From contig NC_087252.1 in assembly GCF_037042905.1 (NCBI RefSeq), positions 22,880,001 through 22,940,000 on the forward strand: DNA of 60,000 bases, read 5' to 3'. The notes beneath the pieces were generated by a model that was given only the letters and a program-made list of their open reading frames with translations, searched no databases and was not told the origin of the DNA. Each line of letters starts with the position of its first letter. The first letter of the stretch is position 1. The DNA is from Lytechinus pictus (Eukaryota). Position numbers and translations under genes: made by a program. Shown here piece after piece: positions 13,173-25,500 of this stretch.

Positions 13173-16129
13173 TAAACGAACGATACGACCCTCTACTTTT
13201 ACGACTAACGACCCTCCGATCTTATAGGGGCCGGGGAAAGGCCTGCGCTATCATACCCCCCCCCCCCCAATTATAATTTACTGTCGATCGTGAATCTCCA
13301 TTTTGATGATGTTCATGATCGCGCGCTCCAAGCTTCCAGATCTTGCCCTTTATATGCCATCTTGCCCCCTAAAACGTACGTGAATTCTTATTACACAAAT
13401 GTCACCCCCATCCCCCCACCCTTTGGTACATGTACTTACTTTATCAATGGCAATCTGATCCTTCGTCAGGCCTTATAAAAGACCAATGATCCTTCGTCGG
13501 GCCTTTAGTTCATGATCCATCGACGGGCCTTAGTTAAGACCAATGATCCATCGTGTAATAATGGCAACAATGATAATGGTATGAAATGAGATCTCACAAG
13601 AATCGAAAATGAATTAAATCAATAAGAACAAGTATGCAAATAAAGATAGGGCCTAAGGCCCTGGGTTGTCCTTAATTTTAGTTTTACATCTTTTAAAATG
13701 ACAACTGAACCATTTGACATATTTTCCAATTATACAGGAGTGACGATGAATGAAGGTTGAAATGTAGATGGACTGTTCGTGCAACATTCCTGATTAATGA
13801 AATATAAATTCTAAATCATTTTTATTCACATGCATTGAAAAACGGTAAACATGAATACGTTTGTGCATACAGTGCATTAATTAAAGAAAGTCTAAGAAAG
13901 TAAATTAATGATCAAGTGGGAAGCATATAAGGCTTTTTGTTATGTCTTATGAAAATTTGAGATTTTAACTGCCCTCCCAAAAAATATAGCCTCAAATAAA
14001 TAATGCGAGAGCGAAGCAAGAGCAGAATGCATAAATTAATGATCATGTTACATGAACATTATTTAGTGTCAGTTTGTAGGGGTAATAAAACTTGCATTAA
14101 GCTAATTAATTCAATGAATGAATAAAGGGAAAATATACAAAGGTCTTATTTAGTGAAATGGCACGTCTTGGTTATTGCAAAACTAGGAAATGTAGTGTAT
14201 GAGGGTAACACAAAATATAATAGATGATTAAATTTAGGGCGAATACATGCAGGCCATGCCCATATATACATGGGCACTAAAATCAAACCCCTGGCCGGGG
14301 CCCTAGCTCCATAGAATATCTACGTGTATGCATTTCTGTATGCAATCTAGCATGCACGTATACGGTGTACGCGCAGCATACGATTTCACCTAATTAGTAT
14401 TCATATTTTCTATTTATAGATAGAGCGCGTATACACAGCTTTGCATGCTGTATGCACACACACACGATACGTGTAATGCATACTATTAGTAATGCATGTG
14501 GAGCACACTCGCAGGGGTTAATTTCTCGTTGATACTCGATCTCACGTACCCCCCCCCCCCCCCCCCACCTCTTCACGTACCTCTCATTGTGATCACTCGG
14601 GTTTTGTCGCGTTTTGAATATATTATCTCGAAGTTTTAGATTCATTTGACAGAATATGATCAATTCTATAACTGACTTTTCGACGAATTTCGGACACAGC
14701 AGAATGGGTACCCCCCCCCCGGCTGCTGCTGTCATAATAATTGAGTGACGCTTTGTCAATTTTTTTTTTCATTTGCATGCATTTCTTGAATATGATTTAG
14801 TATTGTTAAATGTATGTTGCTATGCTTATCTATGGTCTGACCGATCGGCCGAATAATGTTTATTTTTGTTTTGTTCATTCGACACAAACCTGTATCATTG
14901 ATTCTCTTTTTCATGACGGAGTGTGGAAGAGTTTTTGCGTCAATACACACCCCCAGCCGTACTCCAAGGGGCGAGCTGAAGATGTATTAAAGAGAGGGAG
15001 AGAGAGGGGGCCGGGGTGGAAATTCCCACTCGAGATGTCTTCATAAAACTACTTTTACTCCATGGTTATGCTGGAACTACTAGAAACGTTAAATTTGCTA
15101 TCAAGGAATAAATAATTTTGTTTAATATCACGAAGGAATCTTTTCTTAAAGCTCCGTTCCCCTATTCTCGTTGGATTACATTCTGGCGATGTAAATTGAT
15201 TTCTACATGTAAGACAAAATAAGCCTATGAACCCCAGCCCCCCCCCCCCCCCCCAGGTTGACAAAATTCTAGTCAACCTCCGATATCCCAGAGTAGTCTT
15301 TTGTGCAAATTCTAAGTCCCACTGGAGCGTAAGTTAGTAATGCAAAGGTGATTACAAGAGCCTCTCGATCTCCAAACCATGGAGGGATGGGAGAGAGAAA
15401 GAGAGTGGGGATGAGCAGATTATACTGGAAAATGGCTTGATATATGATATGCCGTCTTCATGCCTCGTTCATGGGTTGTGAGCGACATGTTCAACAGTTG
15501 AAAAAAATAAACACATTGTCATTTGATGGGATAATGTATGCTATCAGGAAATTAATAAATCTGTCAAATTGCCATTAAACCTTCTGTGAAATTACTTATT
15601 CTTTGGTGTTTTTTTCATTGTCGAGTTATACGTAGATAGCCTTTTTTTGCCTGCAGTTGTGTTGGACTACGTTTTAACGAAAATAGTACAAGGGTCTAAT
15701 ACTCGTTGGTCAACCTCAGTCACCCCCCCCCCCAACACACACACACAAAATATAATAAATCAGAAAAGTTCACTTTTTAATCAATAAATCACACCACTTC
15801 TAGTCGATTCCACCCGTCTCCCTCTTCTAATCTCTCTCCCTCCGTCAGGTCGCCCTGCATGACCTTGCCTCCTGCCGAACGGTTTGTTTGTTTGTTTTGG
15901 GTTTTTTTTTAATTAAAGGCTATTCTATTATGAGGTTGCTTAAAACATATAGGTGGACTTCAAAATAATTAACACCTTATGAAAATGACTTTATGACAGT
16001 TTACCAACTGGCACTCATTTGGAAGACGCATGATGTGGCCCATTTCTAGGCATTGGAAGCCAGATATTCTTAGTACCGGTATGTTGGGTCAAATCTTTAT
16101 GGAATTTCGCTATATTCCAATTCGTATTT

Positions 16130-19100
16130 GGGCCATTCCGGTTAAGACTTGGACAAAGGGGTCGAAAAATAAAGTACTCGCTAGGCTTGGTTTTTCATGT
16201 GTTTTAGATAGGCCAACACATCGGTAAACTGGTTCAGATAAGGAAAAGATAAGCTGGCATGTCTATTTCACAATATCACCTGATTTCTAAAAATGTTGGG
16301 ACGTTACTCTTCCCGAGTGGACATGCATAAAAATGAATAAATAAGGAAAATTTTCGTTGTTTTTACGCATAAAGTCGATCATAGAAGAAACTCGGAGGTG
16401 ATCGAAGCACTAGTTTGCGCTGCCAAGCTCAGTAGCAAGCGCAATCTTCGATACGCCGGTATGTTGGGACGTTACTCTAAGCGATATCGAAATAAATTGC
16501 ATAATTCCAAAATATGACTTGAAAGTGCCTTTAAATGACAAACATCTCTGATATTTGATGAAATACCAGTAAATAAAAGACAGAAACATCGAGTTTTGTG
16601 CAGCAATTCTTCGCTGTGGCGAAGACAATTCGCGTGTCCCCAGTTGAGACGTTACGGTGCTAATGAAGGAACAAATTTTCAAAAAAAAAAGAAAAGGAAA
16701 TTTTCTCGGCTTTACAAACGATGTGACTGTTTCAACGCAAATTAATGACACGGTAACATTACGGGGGGGGGGGGGAGAATTGATAATCATAAAATTGAAA
16801 TAGATAAATTCTAACGAAAGAACTAAAAGTAACTAATGAAATATAATGTATAGAATAAACAAATAAATTTGATTGAAAATAGGAACAATATCAAAATAAC
16901 GTGGTTACATCCATGCAATCAATTTGTTTTTAATGGCTGATGTATAGCACTTTTCAACTTTTGGAAAAGCGCCTGATAAGAATTATTTTTATTTTTTTAC
17001 CATTTAGGTTGTGAATGTTTTGATTGATTGATGCTGTGATGAAATTATGGAAAAGAGAATAATAAAAGGAAAAAAGTCTCGCGTGATGTGTCTTTTTTTT
17101 AAATAACAATTTCGTGATGAAATCCTTGAATGAAATTGGAAAAGAAAATAATAAAAGGTAAAAAGTCTCGCGTGATGTGTCTTTAAAAAAATAATTTTGT
17201 GTCTTGTATCGTTTATAAATGCATCCTTTGACAGAATTTCTGCCCTCAATGAACCATCTTTTTTATTGCGTAGGCCTATAATGCCGATTATTCATGCTAC
17301 AATGAGTTGTCAATATCAATTCAGCATTTATTTCAAATTCATTAAAAGTACTGGGTGATAAAATAATCATCAGACAAAGATCGAGAATATAACAATGAGA
17401 ATAAAAATCTAATAAATTTAAACAAAAGTGATATTATTTGTTGGCACATATTTCATACAAATTGAAAGATAATTGATATAGGAAATCGGGGATGCAATAA
17501 AAAGGCAGAAAGCTTGTTAAAATGATTTCACATCATTCTTGTCATTACGACCATTAATCGGATCTCCATTGTGCAAAATTGTTACCTTCATTGTCATTAT
17601 CATCATCATCACCATCAATCATCATTATCATCACCATCATCATCTCATCGAACTTCCGAAAGTTTTTTTAATGTTTTTTTGGGGGGAGGGGGTTATTTTG
17701 ACGTTTAAAAAAAGGTGTTAAAACGTCTAAAACCTACCACATGTTGACGTCCATAAAATGTTTACACAAAACGTCCAAAAACCAACTTGAATAGTTTTAG
17801 AACATTAAAAAATATCAATTTTGTTGGGAAGTCATCAGTTTGAGCCCCTTGTCATATCCGGATCCGCCGCATGGTACATTCAGGAACAAATGAAACCGTA
17901 TAAAATATCTTTTTAGGTAGCGAACCATTAAAATATGTTTATTCAATACATTTGTTTCAGAATCCAAAATAAAATAAAATAAAATACATTTGATTAAAGC
18001 AAGATTATAATTTTATTGTCAAAAGAGAAGAAAATGGAATTCTGTCACAATTCGAATTACAACATTGGCCACACAACATTGACATAATTTGGGCACCTAA
18101 ATCCAAACCGCCGCTGATACCAGGGGTCCCAGAACGGGGGGGGGGGGGGGGCGCTGGGATGGCTTTATCCCATCAGAAAAAAACATCTGATTTTGATTTT
18201 TTTTTGCATGGTCGACCACCCCCCCGACTTTCATCCCGTTTCGCAGCCCTCGATGTCAAAAAATTTAGCCGCCACTTTCCAAAAATCCTGAATTTTATAT
18301 GAGACATTGTGGAATATTAAAAAGAATAAATAACGTCTTAAAAGGACACTTGTCACATCGTGCATCGCTTGATACTGTATGCCTAAATTAACATTTTTTT
18401 TCAACTCTTGAATACTAGTTTATTGCGAGGTAAAACAAATGAAAATAAAGACAATTTCAAGCATTATTAAAATTATATATGCGACACATTTTTGGCAATG
18501 TCCATCGTCAAAGTCGTAACGTCTAATTTGTAGTTTTTATATCTTTCGATTGTTTTTTTTAATTCTAGAACAGAAAATCAAAGTTGCTTGAAAGCACTAT
18601 TTCATGAATTCATGTGAATAAAACAACCACCTAAATCTAAAGAATCACCAGCAACAAATTATGGTGTAAAAGTCGTGCGACGTTACGGAAGACATTGTCG
18701 TTTAAAATCATAACGTCTGAAGTAAAGAGAGCAGCCATAAACATCACATACGGTGATCACTTTATAAACGTAAAGCCTGATTGTGATTTAAACGTTTTTT
18801 CTGAGAACGATTAGAAGATTTTGATATGTTTTTGAAATAAATATAAAACTAAATATGGTAAAATACATAATTGTTACGAGGACGTTATTGCGGACATTTA
18901 ATTCTACAGTGTCCTCATGGAGATCATAACGTCTAGTCTGTTCTAGTGCCTTTTACATCATTTTGTTTACATGTAAAATTTATAAAACCTTTTTAAGTGT
19001 CTCGGAAGGTATGGGCAGTCGTAAGATTTATTATGGAAATACACATTTTATCTATAAAAGAGTAGATAATGTACGATGTGCCGTTTTTACAATTTGGACG

Positions 19101-20516
19101 TCATTGGATAAAATATTGGACATGTCTTTGTGATTCAGAATAACGTCCTAGCGAAGGTGAAGCATGGCAAAAAGGTAAGAAAACTTCTTGCTTTATTTTG
19201 CAGCATTATGAAGAATAAGAATTCGATAATCTTGCCAACTAGATATGATTGTAGATCAGAATTAAATAAAAGTATCGATTATGCATGTAAGTAAACTTTT
19301 TTAGTTTGAGACGCGACGGTGGACACCCTCAAATCATGTCCACATCAAATGAGTAACGTCGTCATGATATCTATATAATTGTCCGGATTATCTCCTTACC
19401 TATATATATTTTTTTTATTTGTTTGTTCAGAATGAAACTCCCAACAAGACTACATCTCTTGATTACTACATTCCCGGCCATTTTTAGAATTACGTAGATT
19501 TTTCCTTAATATTTGTAATAATCATCAATATTTAGGTCGTCGTAATTTGATAACATATATTCAAGTAAATGCAAATTATATTCTAATAAAGAAAGAAAAT
19601 CATTGGATATCTTTACAAATACGTTTAGAAATGAGGGTAGTACGGAAAAATATCACTAATCAATCAACACACCGCGACAAAATACGAGAAATCAACACCA
19701 AAACATAACAATCACCCAAGACAAAGCACGAAAGTTTAGACGTTACGGCAAACATATTGAAGGGACGGACATGCTTTTTTTCTCCCTGGGACTACGTGAC
19801 TGAAAACACACATGGAAAATTTTGTATGTGTATGAACAGGGTTGACCGGCGCACGTGCTCAAGAACTTTTGAGATGAATCTCGTATCGTGTGTGTGGTAT
19901 AGAAACTTGAAAGTTGGGACGTTACGAAGGGGACGGACAAAAATATCAGATTTTTGAAAGTACATTTTCATATCTCTCGTACATGGAATATCTGATCATA
20001 CCATATGGGATTGAAAGAGTCCTCATGAGTGTATAATATGATAAGGTTAAGAAAGACAAGATGATTTACAGGTTCGATATAATAAGAGATTAATGAATCT
20101 ATTATCAGGGGACGGACATGGTAACGTCTCAATACTAGTTTTTCAAACGGCAATATTTCTGAAACGTAAAACATGTCAACAATTTAGTTGGAATTATCAA
20201 CAAACATACACATCAGACTTCTTTATGGTAATCCAACTCCATCACGTTTGTCTTTAATTTTGTTTTATTCCAGTTTGTTTAAGTATATATTCTGTTTGTC
20301 CAAATTTTCAGTACATTTTTGGGGAGAAATTCATACTTAAATCGTAAAATTCTCAACAATGAAAAAACCGTTTTCCGTCTTGAAGTTATCACTGCTATCT
20401 CTACAGGACTGGTGAATAATAATTCACTCACTACAAATTTCTTATGTTGATATATATTTTTGGGGGAGGGGCTCGATTTTGACCTTGCCGTTTTCTCTCC
20501 TTAACCGGAATGGCCC
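16130..20516. mobile_element. 4.4-kb non-autonomous TIR element (GGG..CCC termini, 4-bp TSD; Sola2-like) nested in the giant element
   Basis: Perfect 17-bp TIR GGGCCATTCCGGTTAAG / CTTAACCGGAATGGCCC; ATTT duplicated at 16126-16129 and 20517-20520; ~14 internal GACGTTA/TAACGTC motifs. The superfamily call is inference from termini and TSD. Confidence 0.8.
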
Positions 20517-21373
20517 ATTTTCATCTTACGGTAATTAATTCAATTCATACCCGTTGGAGTACAGTAAATCTAGAATTCATGAATTCATGTCAAAATAATA
20601 ATTGAAGAAAGGCATACAATGATTCATCAAATACAGAAAATAATTTTAACAAAATCATTTCATATCACAATGTAGGCAATGGGAGAAAAAATTTAATGAC
20701 CCCCCCCCCCCCCCCTCTGCAAAAAATACTATCAATCAACCAACCAAAATCACGTCCGACGCGACACAACTAGTTACTTTGAACCATGGAGGTTGGATGT
20801 TCGAACACACTTCGCCTCCATACTAGTACTCGAATCCAAAACAAAATACGGGCCTCAGTCAAGTGTCACACATATCACATGCACGAGAAAGGGAATAAGG
20901 GAAGAAAGGATATTGATAATGGTGGTAAAGCATCAACTGATAATTTACTTCTAGATTAAATTAAAGCAAGCGCACTTGTACTCATGCCGCTGTTTTCTTG
21001 AGAGCTAAGCTGAGCGAGCATTCTATACCGGCCGGCGCCGAGATCCTCGATTCTCACATCTCTGACGCCAGGATGTGACTGGGTACCATTCTCCTGCATT
21101 CCGCCGATCACCATTCCGCTTCGTTCCGCCCGATAAGTTCATTGCCACACCCACAAGTTCATTGCCACGCCCACAAATCGTCGGAACCCGTTCTTGAAAC
21201 TGTCCAGCGTTCTCCTGCATGCGAACGGACCTCAATAATAAAAATACGGTCCCTAAGATTCACATTACCCTCATCTACAGCTCAGGCATAATGATCCAAT
21301 CTTGGCAATAGACATGTACATGAAGTGACATCTTCACCAAGACGAGTCCGTATTATTTAAATACAACATAATT

Positions 21374-21530
21374 CTGGGGAGCATTTCATGGAATGAATTG
21401 CCGGACATTTTATCCAACAAATAATGTTTTATCTGACAGTAAAGGTAACAGTGACTCCAAGCCAATCATTATCAAGGAAAGTTGTCAGACCTGACAACTT
21501 GTCGAAAATGTTGATGAAACGCTCCCAAGA
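21374..21530. mobile_element. Short palindromic MITE (related copy at ~37798-37971)
   Basis: ggggagcatttcat ... atgaaacgctccc termini; internal gttgtcag..ctgacaact palindrome shared with the 37.8 kb copy. Confidence 0.6.
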
Positions 21531-22536
21531 GCTCTGGTTAAACTTAGACCACAGACTATTAAATTCCGGGCTGGCATTATGTGCAGCCATATGATACAAA
21601 AATATGGCTACACTCTCTGCTTCTTACATTTACTTGGACCTATCCAGACACTTGGTAATTAGTTTGATCCCCAATAATGTTGATGACATGATCAACTACG
21701 TCTGTGTCGTTTGGCTACCCATATTGAAATCGTGGACATTTAGACCATTGTTAAAATTAAAAGTAGAGATCAGAATACCGACTAATGTATTTGTAAATGT
21801 GTATAGGTTTCACGATACACCATGTATTCTTTCATGGGCATGTGTTGGTCTTGAAAGGACCACCAGAACATGTCTCTCAAGACGACAAGAACACACTTAT
21901 TGAAACGTCGAGTTTGGGTGGTCCTCTTCAGGACCACCATACGCCAACGAAAGACACACGGTGTACTGTGACACCTCTACACCATTTATTCTTCACAATA
22001 AAATCCTTCAAAAGTTCAAATGTGTTCGAAACTTCGAAAAAAGATATTTCTTTATCCAAAGATATTTGATAAACAGAGCTGCCAACTTAAAGAAGAACAT
22101 TTCAGTATTTTAACAGCTGAAAAGCAGTATTTTGGTGATCAATGAAAAAAAAACATTACTTTCAAAAGAAATACCACAGGAAAACACATAAAACTGAAAC
22201 TTCAGAAATCAGTATTTTGCATGAAACCATCAGTATTCTCATTTCCAGTATCAATATTGAAAATCAGTACTAGTCGGCAGCTTCGATAAAGATATTTGGA
22301 TAAAGAAATATCTTCATCCAAAGACGTTTCTTTTTCACCTCACTTACATGTCTCTTCTCCTAGTCATTGAAGGTTCCTACTTAAGTTTTATCATTTCTAT
22401 CCAATAAGTTCTCTATTCTCTGACTCTCCGATACTGCAGTCACACACTGAGTACAGGACCACACGGTTCCACAATTTCCAGTCCAGACTATTATGACTCA
22501 AAGTTCAATGAAATACGACACCTCAAAGACTCCCTC

Positions 22537-25500
22537 TCATGACGACGTTTGAGCAACGGCGGTTCGTAGAGTCTTCTGAAGTACGTGTGCGTCGGCGGGT
22601 TCAATGCGTTTGTAGTAATGCTCTTTCGTCTCGATGATCTCAAATTCAAACTTTTTGTAGAAGTCAATGGCAGAATCGTTATTGACCTGGACATGTCTAG
22701 ATGAAGGAGAGAGGACAGAAAACATTATCAATCAACAGTAAATTGTGTAATTTATTCAAATTAATGATAAAAATAATAATTACTGTACAGTGACTAATTT
22801 TATTGCCCATAGGAAAAAAATCTTTTCGTGCTTCATGTTGCTTGCGGGCCACTGCAAAAAGAAAACAAAAGAAAACAAGATCCAGAGTTTGTGGTTCAAC
22901 GAGGCATAAGATACGCAATTCTGCGCAATTTCAGTGAAAATATGAAGCATTCCGGGAAAAATGGTGTCAAGAAACTCTATAATCTTGTCTTATCTTAAAA
23001 GGAAAAAGAAAGTACATGTACTTGCAGCAAACAATTATTTCCCGAGATGGTCTTATAAATCAAGATTAATTGTCACCAAATTATCATATATCCAGATCTG
23101 GTATATTAATGTAACCTTATCTTTATGAAATCATGAAATCTTTGCTCAAAACTGATAATTCGGAGGAAAACTAACACATAAAAGCATATGTGGAACAGTG
23201 TATTAGTATAGCTTCGAAAAATACCCGAAATTCTATGGTATTGCATGCTTATTATGCTCATTTCTCAGCAATGACACATTTTCTTTGAAAGCCATTTGGC
23301 ACATATTTTTTATTTGTCTTTTATTTATTTGATTAATTTAGACTTTTTCACATGATTTTTTTTCTGTAACGTACCCAAATGCCATGAAAAGAACTAGAAA
23401 ATCAACAATGCCAAATCTTCATATTTCAAACAACCCAAGTTCTGCTCTTACATGTAAATCAATAGTATGGTTAGAGTGAATTTCAAAATAACTTACAAGT
23501 ATATATTATCAATGCGTCCATCCTTCTCGCAGAAATCTAGAACATGTTTGAGCATCATGGTGCCTGTAAAAAAAAAGAAAAAAAAAAGAAAAGAGATTGG
23601 TATTGGAATTACATAATCACAGGACTACTACTCTCTCGACTGAATTACAGTGAAGTGAGTTCATGCACTATTAGTGGAACTTAAGTTCCAAGCATTTCTT
23701 TTGATTGAAAGTCTCTAAACATAATGAAATTGATATTACGTGTTGACATTTTTAGATCTGCACAAAAGTCAGTCTCACCTATAGCCTACAGCAGGAATTA
23801 TGCAAGTGTCTTTTCATTACAAATCATCAGTCACCATAGACAGGGACTCAGTTTTATAATCATGAGGGGAGCAATAAAAAGCTCTCCTAAAACTTTCAAG
23901 GGGAGCATTAGCGGAGCACTACAAAAAGCTCTTCTTTGACATACAAGGGGAGCTCTCTTGTCCGATTGCAAAATGGATGGAGGAACGTACGCTAAGTTAC
24001 AACCCACAACCAAAGGAGACAAACAATCAGATATACATGTAGATCTATGCAATATTTATCTCATTGAACTTTTTAATGTCATTCTTGCAAGTGTGTTTCA
24101 TTGCTTACAATATAATTGTGTAGTATTCACACAACCTTGACAGCGAATGAAGTTTTCAAGGATGACTTGAACAGCTTGATCACTGACTAACACTCTTGTT
24201 AAGCAATAGCTGAGGCGAGAGATAAATCGCTCTACCAAAAATGGATTAAGGAGAGCGGTAGCGAGTGATCACTCTCACTCCCTTTAAAACTGAGTCCCTG
24301 CATAGACATAACAATCGGGACTGCAGAAAAGCTGCTATGAAAAGATGCATCAGCATCCTTAGAATAAGCCAGTTCACGGTTAGCTCATGATCAACTTTTC
24401 TCAAATGACCTTTGTGATTTTTCATTAGGATAAGCACTATCATTTTCAAATGTAGATGATGCGTAAGCTTTACCGGTAGAGTATTCAAATTCTAAGAACA
24501 AAAGGCATTGTATAGACCAGGTGACTAGAAAAGTACATCAGAGATAAAGTTTGGAAATCTGTTTTATTGTCTGCCTTTGGCACATTTGACTATTGTTTAG
24601 GCTACTGTCGAATACCAGTGATTATGAAGGCTCTATTTATTACTCTTCAGCTTGGATGTGATAAAATGAAATGTGCTGGGTATGTGCTGATTTTTCTCAT
24701 CTTCTGCACTTTAACTGCAGATCCGATGCGTTATTTCATGAAGCTAAAAAATGGAATTATTCCATGGACCATTCAAAAAAAGATTCTCTACAATTTCAAA
24801 ATACTTTACTCTGCAATGCTGCCAAGAATCACGAATATTACCCCGAGTTTGAATAAATGGTAGAGTGGTTTTGATTTTTTCTTCACATAGATACAAAGCA
24901 TTCGGCGCATTTTTGGTGTTTTAAAAAGCACATTTGCTCTAATAAAAATACAGATAGTTTAAAAACAAGCACATGAACCCCTATTTTTGAATGTTTGTTC
25001 CTCTTAGGTATATCTTCCTCTACAACTCTACAAATTTTGGTGAAAATGACATGGATTTTGAATAAAGTGCAGCATTTATTGTACTTTTGTAGTTTGTTAC
25101 TGAAATTTCACATTTTTTAGATTGGGATTTTGTTATCTTTTACGCCATTTTTAAGAACTGACAGTGCTGTTAAACTTAAAATTGCAAAAAAATAGCACTA
25201 TAAATATATTCTCCATTCTAACGATACAATTATTAACTCTCTTGCGAAATTTGATAACTTTTTCATGTATTTTGACTGAGTAGTACAGGTTTAAACTCAT
25301 TGTAGTAATCTTGGGCGGTCTAAAAATGCCAAATTCTTTTGAATGCGCAATTCTTAAGAACATCAATTTGGGTGAACTTTGAAGTTCTATAGCAAAAAAT
25401 CAAGCACATGAATCTATGTTAATTTTTGCATATTTCGAATATTAAGGTTCTAAAGTATCTATGTGCAAAGTTTGGTGAAAATGACATGGATTTCACTTTA

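Larger units (their letters stand above)
7401..21253. mobile_element. Giant (13,853 bp) non-autonomous PIF/Harbinger-like DNA transposon with nested insertions
   Basis: TIR GGGACCGTATTTTTATTAT (7401-7419) / ATAATAAAAATACGGTCCC (21235-21253). TAA is duplicated at 7398-7400 and 21254-21256. Excising the element restores a minisatellite unit. No transposase ORF seen. Confidence 0.85.

Noticed and set aside
15790..15885. Short minus-strand peptide (QGDLTEGERLEEGDGWNRLE) resembling a LINE C-terminal remnant
   Set aside because: Too short to support without a database search.
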